Origin: Ascidiella aspersa
Lineage: Eukaryota
DNA length: 64,000 bases
Reading direction: 5' to 3'
Assembly (NCBI GenBank): GCA_963924565.1
Contig: OZ004609.1
Coordinates: 33,170,001 to 33,234,000, forward strand
Shown in pieces: positions 14,116 through 26,800 of the stretch (position 1 is its first letter; every line of letters begins with the position of its first letter). The translations under genes were made by a program, and so were the position numbers. The notes under the pieces are model-generated. The model ran no database searches and was not told the origin of the DNA. It saw only the letters and a program-made list of their open reading frames with translations.

Positions 14116-14955
14116 TGTGGAGCTATGTTTAAATATTTGGTCGGTAGAAGTCGCTGTGCAGTAAATAGCATTTTCACTTGGCTTCGCACGACGGCGGATA
14201 TAAAAACCAGAGCCAAATAAACACTGAGTGTTAAAGTAAAAAAGCGACTTTTTTGCCCGACGAAGCTTGACACTTGTTGGCCTGGAGTTTTGTTGCTATC
14301 CGAAACTTGTTTGTTTGCTTTTGTACGCCTTTGCTGCCGACGATTTTTACTTATTCGCGCTTATCTTCCTAATGTTCCAGCTTATTTGTATTTATGTCTG
14401 TGTTCACCGCTTAATCATTAAAACATTTTTGAGTTAAACAAACTCGTTTCATTTTATTAAGTTTAATGAAAGAAAATATATATTTAAATTAATATAGGTT
14501 TTATTACACCTATTTAGGCTTATCTGCTATCCATACTCACCCTAAGAGGCACATTCTAAACGCAACTCCGAACTTTGATGACTGATATTGATCAGGACGG
14601 AATAATGCATGATCGAAAAGAGAATTCAATAAAACCAAATACACGGCCACAAAAAAACATTTTCAATAACTCACACATCCCTTGTCATTAGCCGTTGAGA
14701 CATTAAAAAAAAAGCGCCCGAGGTTAAAATACAAAAGATTATTTTTTGTAGATTTTTTATACTGAACAACTAAAAGTAACATGTGTTTTTTTAAAACAGG
14801 TTTTCTGACGTAAAATATAACGTTTTAAGCCAATAAAGATTTTTGGGAAATTTTAGCTACTTAAATAAGGGAATAATTTTTTTGAGTTGTTTCCAAGCAA
14901 AATAAAACCATCATGCTGATATGAATACCAGAGGTTGCCAAACCAGCATCCATGT

Positions 14956-15112
14956 TAAGAATATCAAAGCCCATACAGAAGTAGGTATCATTTTGGACGT
15001 TTCAAATAACTCTTTGTTCATTTTTAACATAATAGCTATGTTGAAAATGAACAAAGAGTTATTCGAAACGTCCAAAATGAAACCTACTTCTGTATGGGCT
15101 TTGATATTCTTA
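14956..15112. repeat. Near-perfect long palindrome (fold-back)
   Basis: About 75-bp arms TAAGAATATCAAAGCCCATACAGAAGTAGG... and their reverse complement; the ORF track gives near-identical peptides on both strands; shorter relative at about 47888-47975. Confidence 0.9.
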
Positions 15113-15270
15113 TTACGTCTTACTACAACCTTCAACCATTATGCTCCAAAGCATCCATGTTCATTTACGAAAAAGACGGGTGCACGTGTTTCCCTTGCAT
15201 GTTGTTTTCCACTTCAATAGTTAACTGTTAATTCAGGGAGGGTTCTTTATGTCTAAGTGAAAACATCTTT

Positions 15271-15343
15271 TGATCAAAGGGGAGATTTATAGAAATTAAA
15301 GCGCCCACTGGACCAAATCGAATTGAATGTTACGCTGGGGACC
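15271..15343 (+). repeat. Dispersed repeat fragment, also at about 13584-13669
   Basis: TGATCAAAGGGGAGATTTAT...CCACTGGACCAAATCGAATTGAATGTTAC.CTGGGGACC occurs twice. Confidence 0.7.
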
Positions 15344-18300
15344 TCAAATACAGGAGAAGCATTTTTAAATCTTAGTAAGAGGCTTTTTTAAAGCTTAGTA
15401 AGCTAATATAAAAAGTTCCAAAACGGCATAACTTTGTGAGCAAAACAGGAAGCACGTTGTTTTTCTATTTCGCTTACATTTTGGCCTTCGTTTGTGTTTG
15501 ATTAAGAGTAGTTTTCTCATAGTTCAGAGAGAATGTAAAATTAAAAGTTATAAAAACCACGAGAAAAAAGTGTGACTGACTACTATCTTTAGAACGCTAA
15601 TATATTGCTTGCCTGACACGGCTCTCCATGTCCGATTCCACAGACATTAAACCTAGTGGAGCGTCGATTACGCAATCGGTGAAGCGAGGCGTGAGCGAAG
15701 AAACTGTGTAAAGTGCGCCGAACGAACTTGACCGCGCGCGAGATTCCTCGTATCAGGGAACGCCTGACGCTCGTCCATGCACAGGGCTCAAAATTAGGGT
15801 TTGTCAGCACGAAATGAGAGTTTCGAAGTGTATGGCTTAAGGCCACGAAGTCAGTCAAAAGTCGAAGCTTTACATCTGTCGTAGTGTATTTTGGTATCGA
15901 ACTGAGACACTTCACTAGAAGAGAAGGGATTGCTGAAATTGAAATGTTTCGCAGTGTAGTCTTTTTTTTGTGCAAGCTTATGCAACTATATCGGCCGTTT
16001 TGTTTGAACGTACAGAGATGAACAACTGACAATCGAGAAGTCGATGACAAACACAAAACTTTTTACTGGCATGATAATTAACACTTGTGCCGCAGTAACC
16101 TGAATATGACGTCAAAACGTCAGAACAGCTCTACAAACGTTAGATAAGCAGCGTTAAGTTTATATGTGCCACTTTGTTTGATAAGTGAAATCAAGTCTGG
16201 TATAACCGAACAAACCCAGCAGAGCATGTGTAGTTTTCAAAAGTTTAAACTTTGTCCAACAACTGGCAAAATACGAGAAGCTAAATGTTCAAATAATTGC
16301 GATCTTCAATTTAAATAATTGCCCAGCCCCTGACATTTTTCTGTGAACGCATTAAAAACAAATGCAATAAATTTTGTGATTCAAATGTACAAGAGACTTT
16401 AGGTACTGTAAAGCTTTAACCAGCCTTAAAAGTTGAGTGGCAGTTTTAACCGTTCATTCAATAGGTCTAAAAGGGATGATTTTATTTGTCGGGCGTAGGT
16501 TTCCTTTTGCCGGTTTGACCACAGGTAGAAATACCGAGAGCTAAGCCATGCTCGAGTATCGGTATATAGACTCCGCGCACAAGGCGAAGAAAGGAGCCCC
16601 ATTGTTTCGTTAAACAAACCGAGGGCATCGCGGTTTCAAATTCTCCCAAGCGATTTAATGTATATTCCATGTATCGCAAGCACTCGAAGGGCAAGCGGTT
16701 GGAGGGTCGACGTTCGTTGTGCTTAGGCTCTGCAATCAAGCAAGCCTCGAAGATACCGTTTAACGGCCTGTCGCTTTTATCAGCACACAAGGTTTACACG
16801 AGTCGCCGCGATCGCTTCAGTAAGAGCAAGCAATTCATGGCCCCACTCGATATTTCGCCCCATAACCGTGGACGTATAGGGACGTTCGGTTTGTTAGCTG
16901 GGCGATGGGCGAAATTAAATATTAACCCGCTCAGAGGTGGCGTGTTTTTTGGTTGATTGGCCGTGCCTGGAGAGGTAGGTTTGGTAGCGATGCGCATGAG
17001 GTTAAAGACAGCAGCTTATTTTAACTCTATGGGTTCAACACAGAAGCGGTCTTGAGTATGTTGCAATGTAAAACTGGTCGACAAGAGTTTTCATTTTTTG
17101 AATTATAATTGAAAGTTATGTCTACCCCGGTTTGAGGCAATTCACTGATATCCAAATAAGAAAACGCCGGTTTGAAACAAGGACTGTCGTTGTCTCAGTT
17201 CAGATGCGCAGCGAAAACTTCAAAACTATATGACTTGTTTCTTCATTTTGACGGTCAAAAGGCAACATTTTATTTTCTGTCGGTTGTTGATGTCACCAGC
17301 CGGTATTTGATCACTTGGTAAATTAGCATATGCGAAGGGTGGGTCGATAAAAATTGGGGCATTACCGCAGTGATTGTATGTTTACTACTTTGCGGATGGA
17401 TTTCCTTTTTTAGAAGTTCAGCACCAGTCAATGATATTAATGTTTGGGACAAAAGTAGTCTTTTGTATACTGCTTGGCGTAATTTTTTTTAATAAGCTTA
17501 TGTCCAAACGTTTCTGAAGTACAGAGTTTCAAAAAAAAATTGCACAGTGTCCTAACAGAAAATGAATGCCGTGAAATGTACAACGTAACGGCAATCATTT
17601 TTTTGGTAGGGATGACCTATAATTATGAATCGTATCTAATTCTGCCCGATGCAAATTGGTAGCATCGGTACGGGTCTGATACTAGGGTGGTATCGGTGCC
17701 GATCAGATACCAAAATTAATATAGGCAGAGCAACCTTGATTTGTGATCCAACACAGCCTTTTCATATCTACCTTGAAAGGTAAATTTATTAAAAATGCTA
17801 AATCAACAACTCAGAGTATACTAAACATTTTGAAGAACGCAGGTTTCGGCCCAATAACCTGGAAATAGTTTGATTATTCAATTTCATGCTTTTTCGGTCA
17901 TAGTAAGACCTAGCATATTATCAGGTCGGGGGACAAATTTTATCGCCAAAATTTTGGGCATCGTAATAAAATGTCAAGTATCAGACAACCTTGCCTTTCG
18001 AATTCTCTTTCAGCCAATGTTTTGCTACACTAACGCAGCAGCTTCGGGCCAGGCAGCAAAGTGGGCGTTTGTTGTGTCGCAATGTAGGAACGCGTATTGT
18101 CCGCAAATCAAGGCTTCGCGCGCCAATTGATTTGCCAGCCAAGATCACGCGTATTGCGACAGGCTTTTAAGCTCTGAGCCGGCCGGTCGCTTTGGTCCGC
18201 GTGAGGATAATATTGATTTACCCTGTGTTGACAAGTGAAGCGTCGTTGAGCGTTCTTTTATTGACATACACCTGTGTTACGAAGCGGGGGTTGGAGGCAG

Positions 18301-20866
18301 AGCTTTTCTTAATAAATAAATTTCGTAATGCTGGCAGGGCAAAAGGCCATGACAGGTTAAACGGTGAAAATGTAGCAACGTTGTTTGTGAAATTGTCGCG
18401 AAAAGTGAATGTTTTGAAGTAATTAATAGCATATATGGTAAGGTTTTTAGGTAGGAGAAGGGGAAGTACATGGCTTGTGGCTTGCGTCAGGTACAGAGCT
18501 TAAAATACTCCCTCGAGGGACAGAAGTAAAATAAATATAGTAGCTTTTCGGAGAAATTAACAATTTTTTATAGTACAGAGTGGCGTGAAGGAATTTTGCG
18601 TATCGTTGTCCTGGCACAATAAACCATATTCCATATGCTGAGGGTAATTGAGCAAAGAAATAAATTTCAACCAACCATTAGTAAAATATGCTGCTGTGCC
18701 GGTGCAGTACTTTTGACATTCAGTACCAAACCTCGGATAGAAAATAGCGAATTTAACAATATTCACATATTTTAAGGGTAATAGAGCAAAGATAAAAACT
18801 AAACCAAGCATTCTTAGTAAGGTATGCTTCGATGCCGTACTTTCGACATTCAGGACAAAACCTTGGATAGTAAATAGCGAATTGTTAGGAATAATTACGA
18901 AGAGGTGCCGTTGTCGAATAGCAGGGAGCGAAAATACGACTTCTGAGTTGTTTCGCATTGGATTCGATAGAAAATACACACAAGGATTTACTCTCCCGGA
19001 CAGAATTCCGCACGAAACGTGCGTGGGCGAACCTGAAAAGGGCGGCCCGGGTCAACGCCCCAAAACGCGATCAAATAAAGGGTAAAAGAACATGTTTGAA
19101 CGGTGACGTCGTGCGTAGCCTAGCCATAGACATAGAAATGCCACACAGCTCGGAGTCACTGCTGTTTTTTTTTAAACGTCGTTACGAGCGTTCGCACTGG
19201 ACAGATACACTGGGCTTTATTTAAAGGCAGGTATACAGTCAAGCACTGGAACAATGTTACTTTTTCAGTGTGCTATAGGCTGTCGCTTGTGTTAAACTCG
19301 CATAGGCTGTCGCTGGGGCCTAGAACAAATTTGATTGATATTCAAGGAGATACACGAAGTTCTCAGAAGGGTTTGTTGCTGTATGTCATGTAGTTATAAC
19401 AATATGAACAACTGGCAATCTATTGTTCTAATTCTAAATCTGAAAATCAGGTGGCATTGTTTACAGACAACAGACAAGTTTTCGCACAACCGTGCTTCAT
19501 CACACTGCCAAAACGGTTTGATTGTAATGTCTTACATAGCAACACTGGGTAATGAGAGTTTTTTCTATTCACTTTAAAGATAAAGACTTTGTGACAATGG
19601 CAGTAAAAGATTTCAAGAGGCAAGGCAGCTTTTTTAAGTGTCCCGAAAGTGTGGGACATAATTTTATTGTCCAAAGGCGGTAAACATTTTGCTACTAATA
19701 TTTCAATTATTGTACTTACAGAGAGAATAAACCTATTCCTTTTGAATATATAACAAGTCAACTAGTATAGAACGAGTACCGATTTTAGATAATACCGAAA
19801 ATATCGAACATCCCTAATAAAGAGTGTGGAAAATTAGCACCATAGTGCCCGAAAAATTGGTTTTGCTAATATCCTAGTTGTCAACGCAAATTACCCCTTA
19901 ACATTTACACGCAAAGAATGCGCATTCCCAATCGCACCAACAAAGTCCCGTCGAACACACAAAACGCGTTCTCGAGCAAGTACCCTTGAACGTTTCACGA
20001 TGCCAAAGCCGGCCCCTTCGGTTTAGCGGGCATATAGCAACGTGTGTTTGCTGTTCGCGCTGCCCGGGCTAATGTTTAATCGGCTTGTGAGCTCGCGTGG
20101 CCTTGAAATTTATCGATTTATCGAAGCAGGATTGTCGCCAGGGCAGGTCTGCAGTGCGCCTAAGCAGCTTGTACGATTGTTTCGCGTTGCTTTGAGACGA
20201 CCTGGCGCGAAATTAAGTCCAAGAGCAGTATAAGCACGAGGAGATCAAGTATGTTGCAACTAGATTTAGTGTGAGTATAGTGTCCTCGTTTTTTGGCAAA
20301 CATTGACCTGCGTTTTGCGTACGGTGTTCAGTTAAACGTGTATTACGACCATTCCACACCAAATGTATTCAGTTCAACGTGTATTACGCCAGTTATGCAT
20401 CCAAAAATAATACTTAGTGGAAAATACAGGTCTTTATCTCAAAGAGATCTCCTCACAAATGCATATTGTGTTATTTAATACCCGTCATTTAGTTTTTGCC
20501 CCTTCGAAAAAACATTAAGTCTATATTGCCCATTGTAATTCCACAGTAATTCCTCTGGAAAATCATAAGACATATAGATGCTTGTGGGTGCCTGGAAAAA
20601 TAAGGTGTATAGGCCTAGCGGTCGGTAGTTGTCAACACCAACAGAGTTAACCAGTGCCGGATTAACTAAGTGCGGGGCCTGTAGCAGATTGATTTGATGT
20701 ACAAATAAAGACAGGAATATAATTGAATATTTTATAGATTTAATCTACATTCTACAACAACAAAATTCTATAATGTAATTTTTTGTTTGAAAGGAGAAAT
20801 ATTAAACTTCAATAATATCATTCAAATGTATTTTCGACGCATTTTATACTCTGCAAATTTTGCAGT

Positions 20867-21030
20867 TCATTCAGATGAGTTCATTGACTTCAAAACGTCA
20901 TTTTCAACATTTAAAAGAATTAAATAGTGTTGCCGCTCTTTTCCCACTGTATTTAACATATAGTTTTTAATAAACTTGAATTTTGAAACTGATCTCTCTC
21001 CAATACAATTAGTTACCATTATATAGACAA
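20867..21030 (-). pseudogene. hAT transposase C-terminal dimerisation domain remnant
   Basis: VTNCIGERSVSKFKFIKNYMLNTVGKERQHYLILLNVENDVL matches the hATC pattern T..SGERSFSKLKLIKNYLRSTM.QERL..L.LL.IE; no intact upstream ORF. Confidence 0.8.
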
Positions 21031-21486
21031 ATATGTAATAAATTGTTAATGTCAAGAAATGTGGACTAACCGTTCGTATTACGTCACAATGCATCAAAAA
21101 AAAAAGTGACGTGTGTTGTAATTATTATATTTCGCGTTTAGCATCTCAAGTTAAACCAACATATAAGTTATATGTAGTCCGACCATTAACACTTCGTTAA
21201 CATGCACCAAACCTCTGCAAGGTGTTTTCCGCTTTGCATTCCGCCCAAAAATGTTGACTGCAGCATAAATCGGAATAATGACGACTAAAAGAAGAGCGTT
21301 TGATAGAAAAAGTTGCGACGTAAACAAGAGTTTTTGTTGTGCGACTGGGAAACCAAGCTGAAACCTAAACTAATAGTTAACACTTCAAGGTATAAAGGCT
21401 GAAAAGCGTCGAAGTATTTCCTACGTAGCGGGAACATTATTGTGTTTGTGACAGCACTTGATCAAGACAGTTGCTTCCAGAAGAAA

Positions 21487-22849
21487 CACTGGTCACCAGA
21501 AAATTTTAAACAGAGATGTGATCAAATGATTCTTAATGTGTTTGCAGCGCTGTTGCCCTCATTTTTTTTCTAGCACATCAGGTGTTTGAAATATTCGCAT
21601 TTTAATTTTTTCAATATATTGCTGTATTTTTAATATAGGCAAATTGCGCACTGTGACATAATCCAATATAATGTGACTCACACACTATAATGTGACTCAC
21701 ACACCATTCTATATCATTTTACTGCTATACAAAATATAGAAAAGATCTTTTATTACCGATTTTTATAATAATAGCGTTAATTTCCATATGTAAAAACAGC
21801 ATCCGAGCTGAGTATACATGTTGTTAAACAAGTTCTCGTAGCACTACAGCAGTAAAAATCCCAAAAAATAAATGTTCGGTAAAGCCAGATTATAATCAGT
21901 AATGTTACATATCCTTTTTAAATTTGAGTGACCAACGACAAGCAATGAATCAATTCAGATATCCTTAAGTTGGACAATTGTACTCAAAGCTGTTGGATAT
22001 AGCTAGGAGACCTATGCTACATAATGTCGCAATACGTGTTTCACGTCCTCCTCATGAAAGTCTTGAATTCTCCCTGATAAATTTGAACATTGAATGGAGT
22101 TAAGAACAAAACGAAAGTTTAAAACCAATTCTGCTTTACAGACAGATTTACACAGCCTTACTATAGATGCGAGTTCTTTTTTTCTTGCTTGAGGAATAGA
22201 AAAATGGAGTTCTATGTTTAGCGTTTTTCGACAAAAAACATTTCACTATTAAGCTAAGCAAAACGAAAGGAATCTTGATTTAACAAAATATTAGTAAAAT
22301 TCCAAAGGATGCACATTGTAAAAAGGTGGAATTACGCGGCTTGGCTGGAATTTAGTGAGTGTTGTGCTAACTTTTTAGAAAATGCAAACTGCATTATTTG
22401 CCGTTCGGTGTTGATGATCTGCTTAGCTTAGTATAGATGGGTTATGTATGTCACTCAAAGCGAATTTTCTTCACACAGTGTTAAACTTTTTTTCCAGACA
22501 TCCTTGGTTCAGTTAGTGACGAACAAAAATGACATTTTAAGCTATAAAACCCCGTCACCAAAGATTTTATAAAGGGGAATAGTTCAAAATTATATCATAA
22601 AAGTTCTATGGTGCTGACTTGAGTTATGTGTATAAAAAAGTTATATGTCAGACGTTTTTACGGGCCATGTATCACAGCTGTGCGTTTTTTTTAATGCGTT
22701 TTTTCGGAAAATTTAAGTTTGACCGTATTTTTAAAAAGCGATGTGCTAGAGAAAAAATAAAGGTATATTTGAAATTAGCGCGAAAATACGTCTAAGATGA
22801 AATACTCACATTCTCGTTTGAAAAAAAAGTAAAACTTTGTTGACCAGTG
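21487..22849. mobile_element. Nested TIR element inside the hAT, Chapaev3/Transib-like CAC...GTG ends
   Basis: CACTGGTCACCAGAAAATTTT vs AAAACTTTGTTGACCAGTG; subterminal inverted match TTTTTTCTAGCACATC / GATGTGCTAGAGAAAAAA. Superfamily assignment is tentative. Confidence 0.55.
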
Positions 22850-23885
22850 TTAGAAAGGGAAAATACCTGGGACTAGTAATTCAATCTTGCAGCTATAATA
22901 TTCATATATCCTATGCAATTCCAGTTTGCAAGCCAAAAATTACTTACCAACTATGTTCTGTTTTGCCCCCAAAAAAACAACATTTTGCTCACCAAGCGCG
23001 GGGCCCGTAGCAGCTGCCACTATGTTAATCCGGCCCTGAAGTTAACTGTAACTCTGTCGTACAAAGGGTTATGTAACTTATAAGCCGGACAAACATTGAT
23101 TACTGTGCAAACTATACAGGTTGTTACCGTGGTACTTGAAGTATTGTCAATGTTGCGCAAGAGCTATTTTCGCACAGCGGAAAATATACGTTAATATTTG
23201 ACATAAGGGCTGCTAATAAACTTTTAAGTTTAAAAACAGGTTGAGCCTTTGTGGCGTTTAACCTTTGCTTGCGCGTAGCGACTGTAAAAATGGAAAGAAC
23301 TTAGATCTAAAACAAAGAGCATAGCAAAAAGTTTGATTAGTTACCAATTAATTATCCTCTTTTTCATTTTAAGCACCGTTAGGTTTAGATTCACCTTACA
23401 AGCTCATCTGCAGGAAACAAGAAAAAACTGTCATTCGAAAACCTATTGTGCGAGCCCATAGGATTTGTATGTTCAATTGAGGCAGGAAAATTCGATAGTA
23501 CTTGAACAGGATGTAAATTCGCCAAATGAGATTGAGAATTGCTATAGTGCCTTAAGAAGTACAGAGCTCGTTTAAATAGTGATTTTATTACCACTTTGTA
23601 TCATGTTTTCTATTTCAAACAATTAATTATTATTCCTGCAGTTTATTCAATTAATTTAGACGAGCCGCCACTCTGTGATAATTTAACCTTATGTATAAAC
23701 AGGTTGTCATTACTTTTAAATCGTTGTACTACTTGTGTTTTTTTTCTTTTTATAAAGAACCCTCTAAATTTAATCGTAACGTAAAAGTGGATATTGAACA
23801 ATAAAACCCTGGTGAAACATCTCTTATCATGGCGATCATGTGAAAAATCCGATCGTGATCAAAACACGTCGTTTGGTACGTCACA

Positions 23886-26800
23886 ATGACGTCAGACCTT
23901 GGCAACCCGGGCAAAGAGTTGGACCCGTACGTTCACCAGGTAAGTACAGCGTATTGTGTTCGTCATAATACTGTGTGCGATTGTTTCGTAACAACGGCTC
24001 GCTTCCTCTTGTTATTATATGTGTCATGGTCGCCGTAGCTTTGGAATGCAAAGCAAAATCGAGGGTTTTATAAATGTAAGGTAAGGCGGGGAAAACACTT
24101 TATTTAAAGGTAGGCAAACACTTGGTTAATCTGTCACATGTTGGACATGTGTCTACTTTTAAAATGAAGTTTGGTGGAAAAACAAGGTAACGAATGTGCA
24201 ATTTAAAAGCGGTGAAAATTTAAATAAAAATACAAATGAAGTGCTATAAATGTTTATGGGGATATTTGTTCGACATTGTAGGGTGTTTTTGTGATTACAT
24301 GCCACTTGCTTATCCTTAAATGCACAAAATCCCATTTCCCCGTTAAAACAACCCCTTTACCGCTGCCACACGTTTTCGAAAGTAGCATCAAATTCACACC
24401 CAACAGCGTTCAATTTGTTAGTGTTAACGTGCTGATCCCGAAAACTGGTGGGTTACTCGTTGTAAATAGTGTCATGGCAAACGGTATTCTCCGGTCGTGA
24501 GAGTCTCACCCAATGGTCGTTAAATCAAGTCCGGCGTCTGTAATTTTTGGCAGTTAAGATTATCATGTCTAATGTATGTGAAATTGTGTGCCAAGCTATT
24601 ATAGTCCGACTGATTGGTACCTTAGATATACCAGCTAAAAACCTATGACAGATAGCCAAGTGATTTAAAACTGATCAATTCATTTGCGCTCTAGGGTGAA
24701 ATAAAGAAGCTAAATCTTCATATGTAAAAGGGTATATTTCTTCAGGCAACTACCATCACTGGAATACACACTTGTGGCAACTTGCGAAGCGAAATTGCAC
24801 CAGTTCATTAATTATAGATGACGAACGTTTAATGTTGTACAACGCGGGACTTCTATGTGAGAAAATGCACTTCTTAGCGCCTGAAAAAACACGTGCTAGT
24901 TGCTTAACATTACGTTGCTAATATGAATAGTTAAATTTATCAGGTTAAAGAAATAGTTTACGTCAATGGTTCTTAAGTGTGGTCTACGGACCGGCGGACC
25001 TATTGGGATCCTTATAGTAGTGATGCAAGTTCAACCATCTTATTTATGTTCGTTATGTAGTTGTTTTATTGCGATTTTGCTCATTTTAAATTGGGACTTT
25101 GTTTACCGATTTACCCTTTATTTTATGTTTATAATATGCGGGCGTGAACAATTAAAACAAATTGTAGGGGTCCGCCATGCGTTTTTTTAGTTTAAGAACA
25201 ACTGTTTAAGGTACATTCGAAATAGCTTAAATTTTAACAGTGAAAGCCTGTGCGCCTTTGAACATCCCATTCGACTCAATAAGTATAAAAAAAGGCCGCA
25301 ACGAAATGAAATGTTTAATGCCGTGCCTCCCAGCAATGCCAAACGATCAAATTCTCATCAATTCACTCGAAGCACAATCTTCCCAACTCTAATCCACATT
25401 GCTCGCGGTGCAACACCGAAATCCGAAGATTGCCGGGCAAGGCTAACAACGCTATATAGCCGGAAAGTAATTTCATACATCAGCGACCTTCCGAGCAACA
25501 ATGAATGTATTGTGACACGTCACCCGTGGCGAAGGCGTCGCGCGACCTGACAATGACAGCCCGTTTGACGTCACAATGATCTTCTGCAGGTCAGCGGACG
25601 AGCCCACATGCTCTCACTGAATAAGGCAACCCTATGCAAGAGTCTGTCGTTTCGGGAATGGAATTTCTACGTTGCCCTGCCCCTGGCGCTCAAGTCATTC
25701 GCTCCCAAGCTCAAAGGTAAGCCGCCTTAAGTCTAAGGGGGTGAATATAATATTTGGAAGAAATGCAATCATTAACTCGACCTGATCAAGCCCGATGGAA
25801 TATCACCGCGAAAACACGTTGAAAAGTAAATTGTTTTTTGTCCTGGCCGTTTATTAAATAAAAAAATCTTTCAGCGCTGGTCTGGAATCCTAACACTTCT
25901 TTTACACTAATAAAACGAGTTGCCAAAATGGAAATAAATAGAAAAAAGAATAAACCTAATAATTCGGGATCAACTTAAAACCAAACCCAAACTCGCTCCC
26001 TAACCCAAATAATGTTACCAATGTAAACCCCCTGACGACCCCAAGAGGTAATTTGACAATGTTATGGATTAGTTTTAACAATGGTATGATATGCTGTCTT
26101 TAACTACTGAATAGCAAAAAAATAATAATCCAGTCTTTCATTTAACTAAATATAAATGTTTGTTTTATTATTAGATCCTAAGTGTTGTTTGTTTATTACT
26201 TGATTGCAGGAGATAAGTTTTTAATGTCAAAAAGAGGTAGCCACAATGGAAATGCTGGTACCCCCTGATCTATAGATTATCCAAAAGTTTAATCTACATG
26301 CATCTTTCTTGGTGTTTAAAGGCCATTTTTTCGTATTGATTTGAGCGGTATTTCACATTTGATTAGGCGCTAGGTTTTAAAAGTAATTCATTACCCAAGC
26401 TCCTGCAAATCTCTTGCGAACCACCGCACCGAATTGATTTTTGTCCAATCTTCTTATCGGTCCGCGTTAATATGCCGCTTGTTGATTGCTGCACAACTGA
26501 AAGGTTCCAAGGGCGGAAACAATAACGATTACGACCATATGCTGTCGACAGATTCGATTTAGACACCAAAGCAAGGTTAAGGCAAGGACACGCTTAAGTG
26601 ACGTCACAAAGAGGCATTGCGATGTAATAACGAGCCAAGGTGAAGCTGTCATAATGACAATGCGATAACTACACGTTCACCCTTAATTTTTTTCAAAATA
26701 GACGTCGTTGACATCACATTGTCCAAAAATATTATTGGGATTTTGATTCAAAAAAAGGTCAATGCGAGTATGAACTATTCAGTACTACTCTAATACTCTG

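Larger units (their letters stand above)
20652..23038 (-). mobile_element. Decayed hAT (Tip100/ZMYM1-like) DNA transposon
   Basis: TIR CAGTGCCGGATTAAC / GTTAATCCGGCCCTG; TSD GAGTTAAC vs AAGTTAAC; internal transposase remnant (next feature). Confidence 0.82.

Noticed and set aside
14911-15220. Two ORFs with near-identical peptides on opposite strands
   Set aside because: Artefact of the DNA palindrome.
15589-16056. 155-aa minus-strand ORF
   Set aside because: Non-ATG start, no domain features; likely a chance ORF in GC-richer DNA.
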